A DNA stretch of 64,000 bases from an uncultured virus (IMG/VR IMGVR_UViG_3300037247_000623) (Duplodnaviria; Heunggongvirae; Uroviricota; Caudoviricetes), in the IMG/VR virus record IMGVR_UViG_3300037247_000623. One strand, written 5' to 3'. The notes under the pieces were generated by a model that worked only from the letters and a program-made list of their open reading frames with translations, searched no databases and had not been told where the DNA came from. Shown here in pieces: positions 1-9,954 of this stretch (position 1 is its first letter; the number at the start of each line of letters is the position of its first letter). The translations under genes and the position numbers were made by a program.

Positions 1-349
1 CAACGATGTTATGTTTAGCGGTCAACTCGGCTAGGTCAGAGATACGGACCAAAGATCCATACTGCTCTGCCGTGGCTTCGAATTGATTCAGCGTAATGCC
101 CACCGAATCCGGTGCAACACCTTCGGTTAACTGTGAGGGGGTCGAAGAGACTGTAAGCTTTTCCTCGCGGACGAAGCGAATAGTCTTCGAGTTGTTACTT
201 GGAAGCGGGTGCTTGTCCCCGAACTGATCCAAGATGGTGTTCAACTCTGCAACTTCGAGTAGCTTAGCACTCAAGTAAGTGATAAGCGATGCTACGACGT
301 TGCCTGCGTTCCCAACAGTCCCGGTAGTGACTGTAATTACATCTGCCAC
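1..349 (-). CDS. Major capsid protein, N4-gp56-like family (N-terminal part; runs off window edge)
   Basis: Translated by hand from GTG at 349 with AAGGAG RBS: MADVITVTTG...DKHPLPSNNSKTIRFVREEKL...LTEGVAPD...EQYGSLVRISDLAELT; lies directly downstream of scaffold and portal. Confidence 0.85.
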   Translation of the reverse strand, partial: MADVITVTTGTVGNAGNVVASLITYLSAKLLEVAELNTILDQFGDKHPLPSNNSKTIRFVREEKLTVSSTPSQLTEGVAPDSVGITLNQFEATAEQYGSLVRISDLAELTAKHNIV

Positions 350-384
350 TAGCGTTACTCCTTATTTGGGGTTTGCCTCAACTA

Positions 385-1287
385 CTACCACTGCAACTTG
401 TCTACACCCCTTCGTTCAGCTTCCGCGATGATGGCCTTTCGGCCCTCGCTGGAGCTAATTGAAGGTGTCGCCCCCGGAGTAGGAGGCGTCTGGGTGCTAG
501 ACGAGAGTGTTGGTCGTACAGTTTGAGGCGTTGATGCTGGAGCTTTATCGGCTTGCGCCTTTAGAAGCTCCGGGGTTCTCCGTCCTAACGAAGACCAATA
601 AGCGATACTGTAAAGCTCTGCGAGATCGTTCGGAGGCGTTCTTGGATCGGCCTCAGAGATCTCAATCGCTTGTTTCAGTTTAGGGCTGTCCTGTAGAACG
701 GTAGTATACTCCTCGCTCCCTACGAACTTACCAACTCCAACTGCTTTTTCTTCAGCAACTTGAAGAGCTTGCTGACGACCTAGCGATGAAAGTAGTGGGC
801 CGTAAGGCGCGAGTGTATCTTCAATAAGCTTTTGCTGGGTCTCCATGTACCCTTGTGCATTCTGCTCATTCACGTTCTTTACCAAGTCCTCAAAGTAGCG
901 TTGTGGCTTCTGGAGGTAGCTTTCGCCAACTTGGTCTTGCTGAGTTGGCACGCGTTCGTTGGTAACAGGATCAATCCCGTGCTCGCTAATGTAGCGCTGG
1001 CGGAGTTGATCGATTAGAGCGTCTTTCTTGTTAAGACCCTCTACTGCCGCTTCTGAAGTCTTGTAGACTGATTTTTCACCCTTTAAGAATATTTCATCTT
1101 TAGGGGTGGCTTGTGGCTCAGTTACAGGTGCAGCTGCGGGTTTTTCCGTTTGTGGCGTTGTCGCCGCATCAGTCCCATCGGTGGCAGGAAATAGCTCATC
1201 GAAGAGGAGGTCCCCACCTGGGGCTTCATCGAGGAAACCCTCGGTTTGGGCTCCAGCTTGGGGGACTTTTGGTTCATTGTCTGGCAT
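385..1287 (-). CDS. Capsid scaffolding protein (probable)
   Basis: Acidic, Pro/Thr-rich, helical 300 aa protein immediately upstream of the capsid gene. Confidence 0.65.
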   Translation of the reverse strand: MPDNEPKVPQAGAQTEGFLDEAPGGDLLFDELFPATDGTDAATTPQTEKPAAAPVTEPQATPKDEIFLKGEKSVYKTSEAAVEGLNKKDALIDQLRQRYISEHGIDPVTNERVPTQQDQVGESYLQKPQRYFEDLVKNVNEQNAQGYMETQQKLIEDTLAPYGPLLSSLGRQQALQVAEEKAVGVGKFVGSEEYTTVLQDSPKLKQAIEISEADPRTPPNDLAELYSIAYWSSLGRRTPELLKAQADKAPASTPQTVRPTLSSSTQTPPTPGATPSISSSEGRKAIIAEAERRGVDKLQW

Positions 1288-1314
1288 AATACTCCTTGTG
1301 TGAGTTATCCAGGA

Positions 1315-1554
1315 TTATAGAGGTTTTGTGGCCTCTAACTCGTATAGGCGCTCAACAATTATCTGCGCCTGCCCTCTGTCTTCTGTGATTGAAGCCCAAG
1401 AATTCGCTTGTCGGTTGGGCTTGCCCTCTGTTAATCTGTCTACTGTTCTTAGCATGCTATCCAGTAGAAGTCCTTTGTCAGCTATAGGACAAACACCCTC
1501 TAAGACAACGCTTGTCATCTGCTTCGGCTCAGGTAACATCTTATTCTCCCTCAA
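1315..1554 (-). CDS. Hypothetical protein
   Basis: ORF packed within the head operon. Confidence 0.55.
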   Translation of the reverse strand: MRENKMLPEPKQMTSVVLEGVCPIADKGLLLDSMLRTVDRLTEGKPNRQANSWASITEDRGQAQIIVERLYELEATKPL

Positions 1555-1927
1555 TCAATTCAAGTTGCTTCTGTACTTCTCTAAAGGCATTTTCTTCTGC
1601 CTCGAACGTTGGTTGTGCCTTGGGTGCCGATGCTTTATGCACGTTTTGGTTTACTTGCTCCTCTAACCATGAAAGCCAGAAGATTCCGCTCTGCAACATC
1701 TGGACATCTTCCATACTGGCGTGTCGAGACTTCTTTAGTGTCGTTTCAAGTAAGGAGCGCTGCAACCGCATCTTAGCAGTAAGGTATAGAAATCCGGGAT
1801 GTGCGCTCAGTGTCATCACAGCGCCCGCCGAGTCTTCGTTGACTTTTATGGGACGCGGCTTTTCGACCTCAACTATCTTAAACGATAGCTGAGCACCAAA
1901 TCCCAACCATCTTAGTAGCTTCTTCAT
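1541..1927 (-). CDS. Hypothetical protein downstream of portal
   Basis: Start overlaps the portal stop (ATGA coupling). Confidence 0.6.
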   Translation of the reverse strand: MKKLLRWLGFGAQLSFKIVEVEKPRPIKVNEDSAGAVMTLSAHPGFLYLTAKMRLQRSLLETTLKKSRHASMEDVQMLQSGIFWLSWLEEQVNQNVHKASAPKAQPTFEAEENAFREVQKQLELIEGE

Positions 1928-3939
1928 TTGCCCCCCTCTGTGTTACCTCCTAGCCCTAAAGCATTAGCTCCCATTGACTGCGCGAGTTCTCTAATCTCGC
2001 TAGAGAGCCCTGCTCCAGGAATCTTTCCTTCAAACTGTACGGTTCTAGGCCGACCCTGCTTGTCCTTAGAAGTGGTTGGCTTGGCTTGCGCTATCCGCGC
2101 CTTTGATTCCGTCCCCAGCATAGACTCAAGAATCATCATCTGAATCTGTTGCTGCTGCTGCGCTTGCTGCTCAGCTGCAACCTGTTCCTCCGACTTCAGC
2201 ATCTTGTGGAGATTTCGCAATTCAAAAGCCTTACCCATCTCTTCCAAGCCCCCACGCCAGTTCCAATAGGGGGATTGAGAGGCCCAGTTCGCCCATGCTA
2301 GCAAGTTCCGCTGTCGAATAACCTTGTTTTCAACGTAGTTGGCAGCGACCAACTCGAAGTTGAACGTCCCAATAAGCTCCTCCACCGGGACAAGAGGATA
2401 CTTCGGGAACCCTGGAGGGGCGTCAGTTATCTGTACTTCGATGTCGTCTGTAACGAACTGCATAACCATCGAAGCGCACATCTCCAAAACAGGCTGGAGG
2501 ATGTCCACTTCTAGGTTTCGAATGAACAACCTGAAACGGTGGTTCGATTCGCTGATAACTTGGTTTATGCCTGTTGCAGTTCGGTTGCCTGTTGGAGAAC
2601 CAACTCCCTTACCGTAGAAATCCGAGATGCCAGAACCCATCTCGATCATGCCCTTATAGAGGCCGATAATCTGGTAGTCTTGTGCCTGGGGCGTGAAGAA
2701 CGGCAGTTCCTTAAGAACGGTATTAGGATCTCCGCTAACTCCTACCTTCCCTCCAGGGACGTTGAAACTGTTCAGCGATTCGTGGTCAATATCTGCGTTG
2801 ATGTCGTATGCATACCGACGGTTAATGCCAAGATTCCAGTTGTCGGTAATCATGTTGACGAAGTTGTTAAGCGCGTTCGTCAGGTCGGAGATGATTTCAA
2901 CAGCCCCGAGCCCGTAGACCTCGTTTGGCAACTTGATGAAGCTGGTGTGGAGAATCGCTGAGTGCCGGTGGAGGAAGGGGTTATCTCCGTGTTGCAGCAG
3001 AATCGGCTGCCCCGCGTAGACCTTTCGCTTCCAAGCCGTGTAGTGGGCCGCTCGAAACGACGCTCGTAGGTCTTTCCAACTAACAGCCTCGGAGTCCTCT
3101 CCGAAGGTCATGATTGTTACGGTGTTCGTAAATTCGTTCCAAAGCTCTGCGATGCGTAGGACTACTGCATCGGGGTCTTTGTCGTCCCTCAACCTCGTTG
3201 CTAGAAGCTCAATGCCCTCTTGCATGTACAACTCTGGGTTTCCTGCTGCCTCACGCTTTAGCTCTCCGAAGGTCTTTTCGACGATGTGGGCAGTTAACCC
3301 TCCATCCGGATCGACCATCAGATCGTAAATGTCTATGGCCGTGAATCGCGGGCGCGCTCGCGGAATGTCTTTAACTGCGGGTTTCACGCCTTGAATTGCG
3401 GGCATCCCCGATTGCGGGTCTATTACTGGTTCCCCCGTATTTGGGTCAGTAACGAGAATCGGCTCTTGATAGTTTACCCGGTCCGTCCCCCAATCCCAAT
3501 CAGCCTTGAAACCGGAGTGTCCATAGATAGCGAGGTTCCTAACCAGATCCTCGAAAGCCGCCATGAAGTTTGACTTTCGAAGTAGATAGGCCAAGACCTG
3601 CTGCATCTTCTCGGCTTTCGGTTCGTCTGCAACTCCTCTCCCGCGCGCCTCGAACCAAGGAGTAAAACTAAAGAAAGCGTCCATCACCCGGCTGACGATA
3701 GTTTCTACGTTCGAGAGGGGATAGGGGATGAATGTGTTTGAACGTGGGGTTATGTTGTCCGGGTAGTGCTTCTGATCCTTCTGACCAAGGTACATCCGGT
3801 AGAAATGTGCGCGTCTCTGATCGTACTGTTTTCTGAAATAACGCATTCGCCGCAGGTGGCGAGCAGTGGTATCAATAATTTCCTGTTCAGGAGTTGTGGC
3901 AGTCGCACCACCCTCAGCTGTAGTGAAGAATTCAGGCAT
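1924..3939 (-). CDS. Portal protein (podovirus/P22-like)
   Basis: 671 aa; RSNTFIP, YGLGAVE, RTATGI and ILQPVLE segments; Gln-rich C-terminal coil; position between terminase and scaffold. Confidence 0.85.
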   Translation of the reverse strand: MPEFFTTAEGGATATTPEQEIIDTTARHLRRMRYFRKQYDQRRAHFYRMYLGQKDQKHYPDNITPRSNTFIPYPLSNVETIVSRVMDAFFSFTPWFEARGRGVADEPKAEKMQQVLAYLLRKSNFMAAFEDLVRNLAIYGHSGFKADWDWGTDRVNYQEPILVTDPNTGEPVIDPQSGMPAIQGVKPAVKDIPRARPRFTAIDIYDLMVDPDGGLTAHIVEKTFGELKREAAGNPELYMQEGIELLATRLRDDKDPDAVVLRIAELWNEFTNTVTIMTFGEDSEAVSWKDLRASFRAAHYTAWKRKVYAGQPILLQHGDNPFLHRHSAILHTSFIKLPNEVYGLGAVEIISDLTNALNNFVNMITDNWNLGINRRYAYDINADIDHESLNSFNVPGGKVGVSGDPNTVLKELPFFTPQAQDYQIIGLYKGMIEMGSGISDFYGKGVGSPTGNRTATGINQVISESNHRFRLFIRNLEVDILQPVLEMCASMVMQFVTDDIEVQITDAPPGFPKYPLVPVEELIGTFNFELVAANYVENKVIRQRNLLAWANWASQSPYWNWRGGLEEMGKAFELRNLHKMLKSEEQVAAEQQAQQQQQIQMMILESMLGTESKARIAQAKPTTSKDKQGRPRTVQFEGKIPGAGLSSEIRELAQSMGANALGLGGNTEGGK

Positions 3940-4151
3940 TAGAATCGCCTTTGTTGAGGCGCTACTCCGTGAACCCGATACATATGCTCAACCGCAGCCA
4001 TGTGCTCCTTAACAATATACTGACTTAGTACCTTAAGATCCTTTTTCTGCGTCTCTATCGTCCAACGTTGCCAAGTTGTCCCGGCGAGGAGGCACAGGAT
4101 AACTAACCCGTAGATGAAGTGCCAACGCTGCTTGCTAAACCAAGTTTTCAT
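3939..4151 (-). CDS. Small membrane protein
   Basis: ATG at 4151 (MKTWFSKQRWHFIYGLVILCLLAG), one hydrophobic helix. Confidence 0.5.
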   Translation of the reverse strand: MKTWFSKQRWHFIYGLVILCLLAGTTWQRWTIETQKKDLKVLSQYIVKEHMAAVEHMYRVHGVAPQQRRF

Positions 4152-4153
4152 GT

Positions 4154-4462
4154 TTACCATACAAACCTCAGTCCAAATCCAATTCCAACTCCGTGACCAG
4201 CAACAATAGCTGTCTGGGGAACCCACCAATACTTGAACCCATCCTTACGCCAGCGATGGCCCAAGTAACTGGCTCCAATAGCTAGGGGAATCTGGACGGC
4301 GTAGGCTCTCTTGCGGTCGGCTGACAACAATGGATTTCCTTCGTGACAGGTTCCCGCTCGAATGCAGTGCTGCGTCAGTTCTACATCGGCCACAGTAGTC
4401 GCTATGGTCGCTCCGGTCAGCAACCAAAAACCACTTGCGAGGATGAGGCAGAGTGTGGACAT
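4154..4462 (-). CDS. Membrane protein, DUF5658-like
   Basis: Hydrophobic helices with D...T and EGNPL motif. Confidence 0.45.
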   Translation of the reverse strand: MSTLCLILASGFWLLTGATIATTVADVELTQHCIRAGTCHEGNPLLSADRKRAYAVQIPLAIGASYLGHRWRKDGFKYWWVPQTAIVAGHGVGIGFGLRFVW

Positions 4463-5028
4463 TAGGGTTTGAAGACACAAACAAGAGGGTCGCGTGACGT
4501 ACTAGCAGTTATGGCTCCGAGAGTTGCTGGCAAAACTCCACTTGAACCACTATTTGCGGCTATGCCAGCGGGAGCATTTGTAGAACCTTCGTTTAGAATT
4601 AACTCGCCAAAGTTGTCCACAAAAAGCTTTCGGCCTATTACGCTTGCGCTGGTGCTAGTCTGAGCGAAGTAGTAAATCCCTGGCTCTATCGTGACTGCTG
4701 TAACGGCAGTATCTATAATCCCTTGGTCTGCTATTTCGGAAGCGAGTGCCCCGACATGGACAAGGCGAACACTGCCGTCAGCATTGTAGAGTCCAACCGA
4801 AGAAAACGACCCATTTACCCCGGTTGTCAATTCCCATGTGATTCTCCTCACTACTATACGAAATGGGAGAACGAACTGATAAGCACCGACATTATCGGCA
4901 ACGCCCACTAGCGCAGCGGCGTTGATAGTCAATGGTTGATGAATACCGACGGCAAAGAAATATCCCTCGTCAGCCGTTTCCACCGTCGCTACAGAACCAC
5001 GACCTCCCGCCGACATGAGAATAGACAT
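4462..5028 (-). CDS. Putative virion-associated beta-rich protein
   Basis: Likely start ATG 5028 (MSILMSAGGRG); Gly/Ala/Thr-rich. Confidence 0.5.
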   Translation of the reverse strand: MSILMSAGGRGSVATVETADEGYFFAVGIHQPLTINAAALVGVADNVGAYQFVLPFRIVVRRITWELTTGVNGSFSSVGLYNADGSVRLVHVGALASEIADQGIIDTAVTAVTIEPGIYYFAQTSTSASVIGRKLFVDNFGELILNEGSTNAPAGIAANSGSSGVLPATLGAITASTSRDPLVCVFKP

Positions 5029-5030
5029 TC

Positions 5031-5339
5031 TTAGAACCTCGAAAGGGGTTGAATGTAAACGTCGATTGCTGCGCCTGTGTTGTTGAATACGCGGATATGA
5101 GTAAACGCCTGTCCAGTATCGTAGACTACGACTGCGTCTTGTGGAAGTCGAAAATCCGTGGCTGAAGCTACACCCATACTTGTTACTCCGAACGCGATGT
5201 GACAATCATCAGTAGCGTTGATAGCGAATAATTGATTCTTCCCGAGCAATTGCTCTGTACTAGAGGCAGCAGCGCCGAGCGCTGTTAACTTTAGTACCGC
5301 TTCCTGACTTGGAACCAAAACCGCATCTTGAACTGCCAT
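5031..5339 (-). CDS. Putative virion decoration protein
   Basis: Small beta-rich ORF in the structural operon. Confidence 0.45.
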   Translation of the reverse strand: MAVQDAVLVPSQEAVLKLTALGAAASSTEQLLGKNQLFAINATDDCHIAFGVTSMGVASATDFRLPQDAVVVYDTGQAFTHIRVFNNTGAAIDVYIQPLSRF

Positions 5340-5341
5340 GA

Positions 5342-5518
5342 CTATTTATCCTTTGTTTCTTTCTTGTCTTTACCCTTCTCAGGGGTAAGTTGTTCTATTC
5401 GCCGGGACAAATCAACTATCTCTCGTAGAAGCCCGTCGCGCTGCAATTGCAGCCTTCCTAGCTTCACATTTGCTTCGTCTAACGCCCCTAGAATATCTTC
5501 AACTGTTATCTGTACCAT
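5342..5518 (-). CDS. Small coiled-coil protein (not in ORF track)
   Basis: MVQITVEDILGALDEANVKLGRLQLQRDGLLREIVDLSRRIEQL..., GGAGG RBS. Confidence 0.5.
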   Translation of the reverse strand: MVQITVEDILGALDEANVKLGRLQLQRDGLLREIVDLSRRIEQLTPEKGKDKKETKDK

Positions 5519-5663
5519 TGTCTAAATGCCTCCAATAAAAATCCGAATGCTACTACTAATTTACTGAGTCTACTGAGTCTCTGAAGTCTGTATATTCTCC
5601 CTCCTGATACTAGGGCCGGGATGGATGGTGCAACGGTAACATCCCCAAAACTCCACACGTGAA

Positions 5664-5963
5664 TTATGGGCGTAGGCATAGTTCAATTGCCAATCCCAAG
5701 TCACGATGACTTACTTCGGGCTCTAGGTTTAGCAGGACCCGAAAAGCCTGTGCTCGCTTTAACTCACCTGATGTGTTTGGGAACTTCTTTGCGACATGCT
5801 CTACTGCGAACTGTGTGTGCTCGAATAGGCCATCTGATAATCCGTGCTTCGAATCGACTACGATTTCTTCTGTTACATGCACGATTGCCGGAGGTTGGAC
5901 GACTGTTTTGTGTCCCAACCATTCTAGAAGCCGCAACAGAATATTGATTAGATAGTTTTTCAT
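5664..5963 (-). CDS. Hypothetical protein
   Basis: ORF in operon. Confidence 0.55.
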   Translation of the reverse strand: MKNYLINILLRLLEWLGHKTVVQPPAIVHVTEEIVVDSKHGLSDGLFEHTQFAVEHVAKKFPNTSGELKRAQAFRVLLNLEPEVSHRDLGLAIELCLRP

Positions 5964-5965
5964 TG

Positions 5966-8539
5966 TTATGCGGGGTTCAACTCAGTGATAGGATCGCCTG
6001 CTGTGGTGGTAATGGCGGCAGTAAAGTCAGAAGTTGTATCGTCCTCTTCGTACACGGTCATTGTGCCGCCTGAGATAGCCACGCGGTTTCGAGCCGTGCG
6101 AAGGGCCTGACGCCATGTGCGACTAGTGGTGGTGTTTCCGCCAGAGTCGGTACCGAGATCGAGGCGTCGATCTAGGCAGCCGTCTGCGATGTTGATGAGT
6201 TCGGCAGCCGCAATAACGCCTGAACCAATCCCGCCTGCGCCTATGGAAGCTACAGAACCATCCACATTCCCCGTGACGGTTGTGATGCTCTGGTCTTCTG
6301 CAAACCGGGCGGCGTCGGATAGCGTGACTGCACCGCCCGCATTGTCGGTCACAGTGAAGAGACCGCGAATTGCTACAGTGGAAGTCGCGGAGCAGTTTGC
6401 GTTAATGATAAGTTGCCCACGCCCCTCAAGGGACATATTATAACTGCCAGTGCCAGCACCCATGTTTTGAATCTCGATGCCGCCGCTGTAGTTCCTAAAG
6501 CTGACGTTGGAAGCATTTAGTGCTCCACCGAAGTCCCATGTTGGCGTGGCGGTTCCTGCTATTGCTGAGTAACAACGGTCTATAAAGAAGTCCCCTGCTT
6601 CGACAATGGTCAGCGTCCCCTCAATAGCGGACTCGATGAGGTAAGTTCCCTTGATGTGAGAGGTAGCCATCAGGTGACACTTCTCAAAGGCTTGAGTGGT
6701 ACCAGCGCCACTGGCAACACCACTTACAGTCGCGCCTATGATTGTGGTTCCAACGAGAGACTGACCCCCAAGCGCCAGAGTCCAAGCATCGCCGATGAAT
6801 ACTTGGTTACTTTGAGCGGCGACAAAGGTGATGGAGCTGCCCGGAGCGACACGAAACCGTTTAAGCCCAAGGTTGGTAGCCAGTGTGTTTGCGTCTCCGA
6901 TTGAGTTGGTGGGATTCCCGACAGTGCCATTCTCAAAGTCGGTAGTCCCTCCTACACCGTTCGCGGTGTCAATCCAAATTGCCCCGTCCTCGTAACCTTC
7001 AAATTCTTGTAGGTTGCGTAGCCTGCGTCCAGTGGACTCAGCGACATCGTGAGTGCCGATAGTGAGGACTTCATCCCAATTAGCATCAGCAGTTCCGGAG
7101 AGGGTAAATCGGGCATCGTCCGACAATGTAACTGCACCACCAGCGTTATCAGTGATAGTGAAGAGGCCACGAATCGCCACGGTAGAGGTCGCAGAACAGT
7201 TTGCGTTGATGATGAGCTGCCCCCTTCCTTCAAGCGACATAGTGTAGGAGCCAGCTCCGGCCCCCATGTTCTGGATTTCAATCCCTCCACTATAGTTTCG
7301 GAAACTAAGGTTGGACGCAGCTAATGCCCCACCGAAGTCCCATGTTGGTGTAGCTGTTCCCGCAATAGCGGAGTGGCAGCGGTCTGCGAAGTAGTCACCT
7401 GCTTCAACAATCGTTTGCGTTCCTGCAATACCACACTCAATAAGATGGGTTCCTTTAATGTGTGACATAGCGTTTAGGATACACTTGTCAAATATCTGAA
7501 GCGTACCAGTACCGGACGCAATACCAGAAACCGTCGCACCGAAGAACCCGCTGCCCGCAATGTCTCGTCCGCCTAGTGCGAGTGTCCAGTTGTGCCCACT
7601 GAATGTTTGATTGTTCTGTGAAGCCCCGAACGTTATGGAACTACCTGGGGCGATTTCAAACCGCTCGATTTTGAGTGAAGCGGCCAGTATATTCGCATCG
7701 GCGATACTATTTACAGGGTTTTCAACCGTTCCGTTCTCGAAATTGGTCGTCCCTGCCGTACCGTCAACTGTGTCAATCCAGACCGCACCATTCTCATAAC
7801 CTTGGAACTCCTGGATTCCTCGTAGGCGACGGCCAGCAGAGGTAGCGATGTTGTGGGTGGCTCCAGAGAGAACCCTGTCCCAAACAGCTTTGGCAATCTC
7901 AACCATGCCTGTTGCTGCTTGGCTTATCGCGTCAAGCCCAGTTGAGGCGAGGGAGAATCCAGTTTTATTGGTCAGGGTTGTAGTGGTGTCAGCGAGTTGG
8001 ATGTCTGTGGCCGACAGGTCAACCGCCGTTCCTTGACCCTCAACATTAGCCCAGTCAATGCCCGCCGCGCCGGTAGCTGTTACGTCAAGTGTATTAGCCG
8101 GAGTTGTTGATCGGACAAGCTGCGCAAGCCCGTAATCCGCGTGTGCTACTTCATCAAAGACATCTTTAACTGTATTGTCGGTAAGCTGGACTTCAAGGGT
8201 CAATTCGGCCATATTGGTGGCTCCCTTGAGCTGCATAACGACCCAACTAGCTCCCGTTGCTATTGCAGCGTTTGGAATACCAATTTCATAGAATCCTGGT
8301 AGATTTGTGGCGTCTTTCTCAATGAAACCCCCAGATGCAAAAGTACCTCGTGTAGCAGTAACAAGTGTAACCGCAGTGCCATCTGCATTTCCTTCATCTT
8401 CGCGCCAATAATACCAAGATAAACCTGAACTACTAAACAATAAACCCGTTAGGCCCTCACCTGTAGTTTGGGAACTATCTTGGATAAAGATAGCCAGTCG
8501 CTTTGAAGTAGTACCCTTTTTAAGAGCTTGTTTCGCCAT
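5966..8539 (-). CDS. Large fibre/appendage protein with tandem 260-aa duplication
   Basis: 857 aa, Gly/Ala/Thr-rich; two near-identical units at 6302-7081 and 7106-7885. Confidence 0.65.
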   Translation of the reverse strand: MAKQALKKGTTSKRLAIFIQDSSQTTGEGLTGLLFSSSGLSWYYWREDEGNADGTAVTLVTATRGTFASGGFIEKDATNLPGFYEIGIPNAAIATGASWVVMQLKGATNMAELTLEVQLTDNTVKDVFDEVAHADYGLAQLVRSTTPANTLDVTATGAAGIDWANVEGQGTAVDLSATDIQLADTTTTLTNKTGFSLASTGLDAISQAATGMVEIAKAVWDRVLSGATHNIATSAGRRLRGIQEFQGYENGAVWIDTVDGTAGTTNFENGTVENPVNSIADANILAASLKIERFEIAPGSSITFGASQNNQTFSGHNWTLALGGRDIAGSGFFGATVSGIASGTGTLQIFDKCILNAMSHIKGTHLIECGIAGTQTIVEAGDYFADRCHSAIAGTATPTWDFGGALAASNLSFRNYSGGIEIQNMGAGAGSYTMSLEGRGQLIINANCSATSTVAIRGLFTITDNAGGAVTLSDDARFTLSGTADANWDEVLTIGTHDVAESTGRRLRNLQEFEGYEDGAIWIDTANGVGGTTDFENGTVGNPTNSIGDANTLATNLGLKRFRVAPGSSITFVAAQSNQVFIGDAWTLALGGQSLVGTTIIGATVSGVASGAGTTQAFEKCHLMATSHIKGTYLIESAIEGTLTIVEAGDFFIDRCYSAIAGTATPTWDFGGALNASNVSFRNYSGGIEIQNMGAGTGSYNMSLEGRGQLIINANCSATSTVAIRGLFTVTDNAGGAVTLSDAARFAEDQSITTVTGNVDGSVASIGAGGIGSGVIAAAELINIADGCLDRRLDLGTDSGGNTTTSRTWRQALRTARNRVAISGGTMTVYEEDDTTSDFTAAITTTAGDPITELNPA

Positions 8540-9954
8540 TAGATTTCATCGCCTCCGGCTGCTTCATGCCAAGGCCAGGATGCACCATTTCCATTTCCCG
8601 CGCCTTGCAATGGGTGTGGATAGGTGTAGGGGGTGTAGTAGAGCGTCCATGTATCGGTAGCTGTGCATTTGTAGAGCCGCCCATCAGCACCCGCCTGTTC
8701 ACTGTTCCACTCTCCCTCGTCGGTTGCCCAATAACCAACTTCAGGCGTGCAGGTTGACGGTCGGCTTGCAATTGGCCCGACGCCGATGCCGCTAGTCCCA
8801 TCAAAACTCGGGTTCTCATTGTAGAAATCTCGATCCTCTATCAGATGCAGGAGCAGACGAGCACAGTCGAAAGGGGGTGCGTTTATAACAACAGCATCCT
8901 TGCGGGTCCCATCTACTGTATTATTCCAGAAGTAGGCGGGCACGGTCGAGAAGTTGGCTCCTTGACCACCATCAAGGAAACTTCCGACCTGATCTACGCA
9001 GCGCCAACCCTCACTGCCTCCTGTATTCTGATCCCAAGAATTAGTGCCGTCACATTGGCCTCCCCAGATGGCGTTTGAATTTACACAACTACGATAGGTA
9101 GCAACTACCAAGTTCCCATAGTTGCCCGTATATGCGTTGTTGAACATTGTTACTACACCCGAGCGGAGAATACCTGTGCGGAGAAAGCCTCCCGACGTAT
9201 TATCTCCGGTGTTCCCATATACTTCTATATTGATGGCACCGCGCGTTGCCGCAGAGTCAGCGCCGTGATTGTTATAGTCTATTCCATTCAACGTGTTAAA
9301 ACGGAACACGAGGCGCTGCCCGCCTTGGGTAGTGCCAGCATGGTCAAGTTGGGTGGTATAGTTGAAGGTGTTGTCCTCGATAAATACATTGTCGGCGGTG
9401 CCTTTTCCAATCGGGCGGCTGAAAGGTTTGTTGAAATTAGTGTCTGGGTCGGTCTCTTCTCCCGACCGCACCATCGGGCCGATTACCACATAGCTCTGGA
9501 CATTGTTCCCACTGTCGTTGAAGATATTGTGGTCAGCGAGGCCGCTGGTAGCTTCGCCCGTGCTCGTGTTGACGGTGAAAGCATGTGGTAGATAATTGAA
9601 GAACTTGTTGTTATCCATGCGGAAGCTGTTCAGCCCATCACCTTTGAACCTGACGACTCCAAGGTCGGATTTACTTATGTCGCTCCCGTCCCAACTGAAA
9701 CCAGTTACCCGTGAGAGTGAATTACCACCAGCTATGTTAATCCGTAAGACAGCGTCACCAGTAAAGTCATCGGTGATTGTTGTTACGTCAATGCCTGCGC
9801 CCTGGATAGTAATCCCTTTGGTATTGGGAACGCTCACTTGTGAACTCCAAGTGCAATTTCCTGCCGGTACTAACACACGGTCGCCATCCACAGCCGAGTT
9901 TATGGCTGACTGGACATCGGCTTGGGAGCAGGTAGAGGGATTAATATCACTCAT
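8539..9954 (-). CDS. Right-handed beta-helix (pectin-lyase-like) spike/depolymerase
   Basis: VQSAINSAVDGDRVLVPAG cap, Asn-ladder repeats (FIEDNTF, VFRFNTL, EVYGNT), C-terminal YTPYTYPHPL. Confidence 0.7.
   Translation of the reverse strand: MSDINPSTCSQADVQSAINSAVDGDRVLVPAGNCTWSSQVSVPNTKGITIQGAGIDVTTITDDFTGDAVLRINIAGGNSLSRVTGFSWDGSDISKSDLGVVRFKGDGLNSFRMDNNKFFNYLPHAFTVNTSTGEATSGLADHNIFNDSGNNVQSYVVIGPMVRSGEETDPDTNFNKPFSRPIGKGTADNVFIEDNTFNYTTQLDHAGTTQGGQRLVFRFNTLNGIDYNNHGADSAATRGAINIEVYGNTGDNTSGGFLRTGILRSGVVTMFNNAYTGNYGNLVVATYRSCVNSNAIWGGQCDGTNSWDQNTGGSEGWRCVDQVGSFLDGGQGANFSTVPAYFWNNTVDGTRKDAVVINAPPFDCARLLLHLIEDRDFYNENPSFDGTSGIGVGPIASRPSTCTPEVGYWATDEGEWNSEQAGADGRLYKCTATDTWTLYYTPYTYPHPLQGAGNGNGASWPWHEAAGGDEI

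Noticed and set aside
6302..7885. Possible diversity-generating retroelement template/variable repeat pair
   Set aside because: Both units are in-frame coding, differences involve all bases and are largely synonymous, and no reverse transcriptase is present in the window
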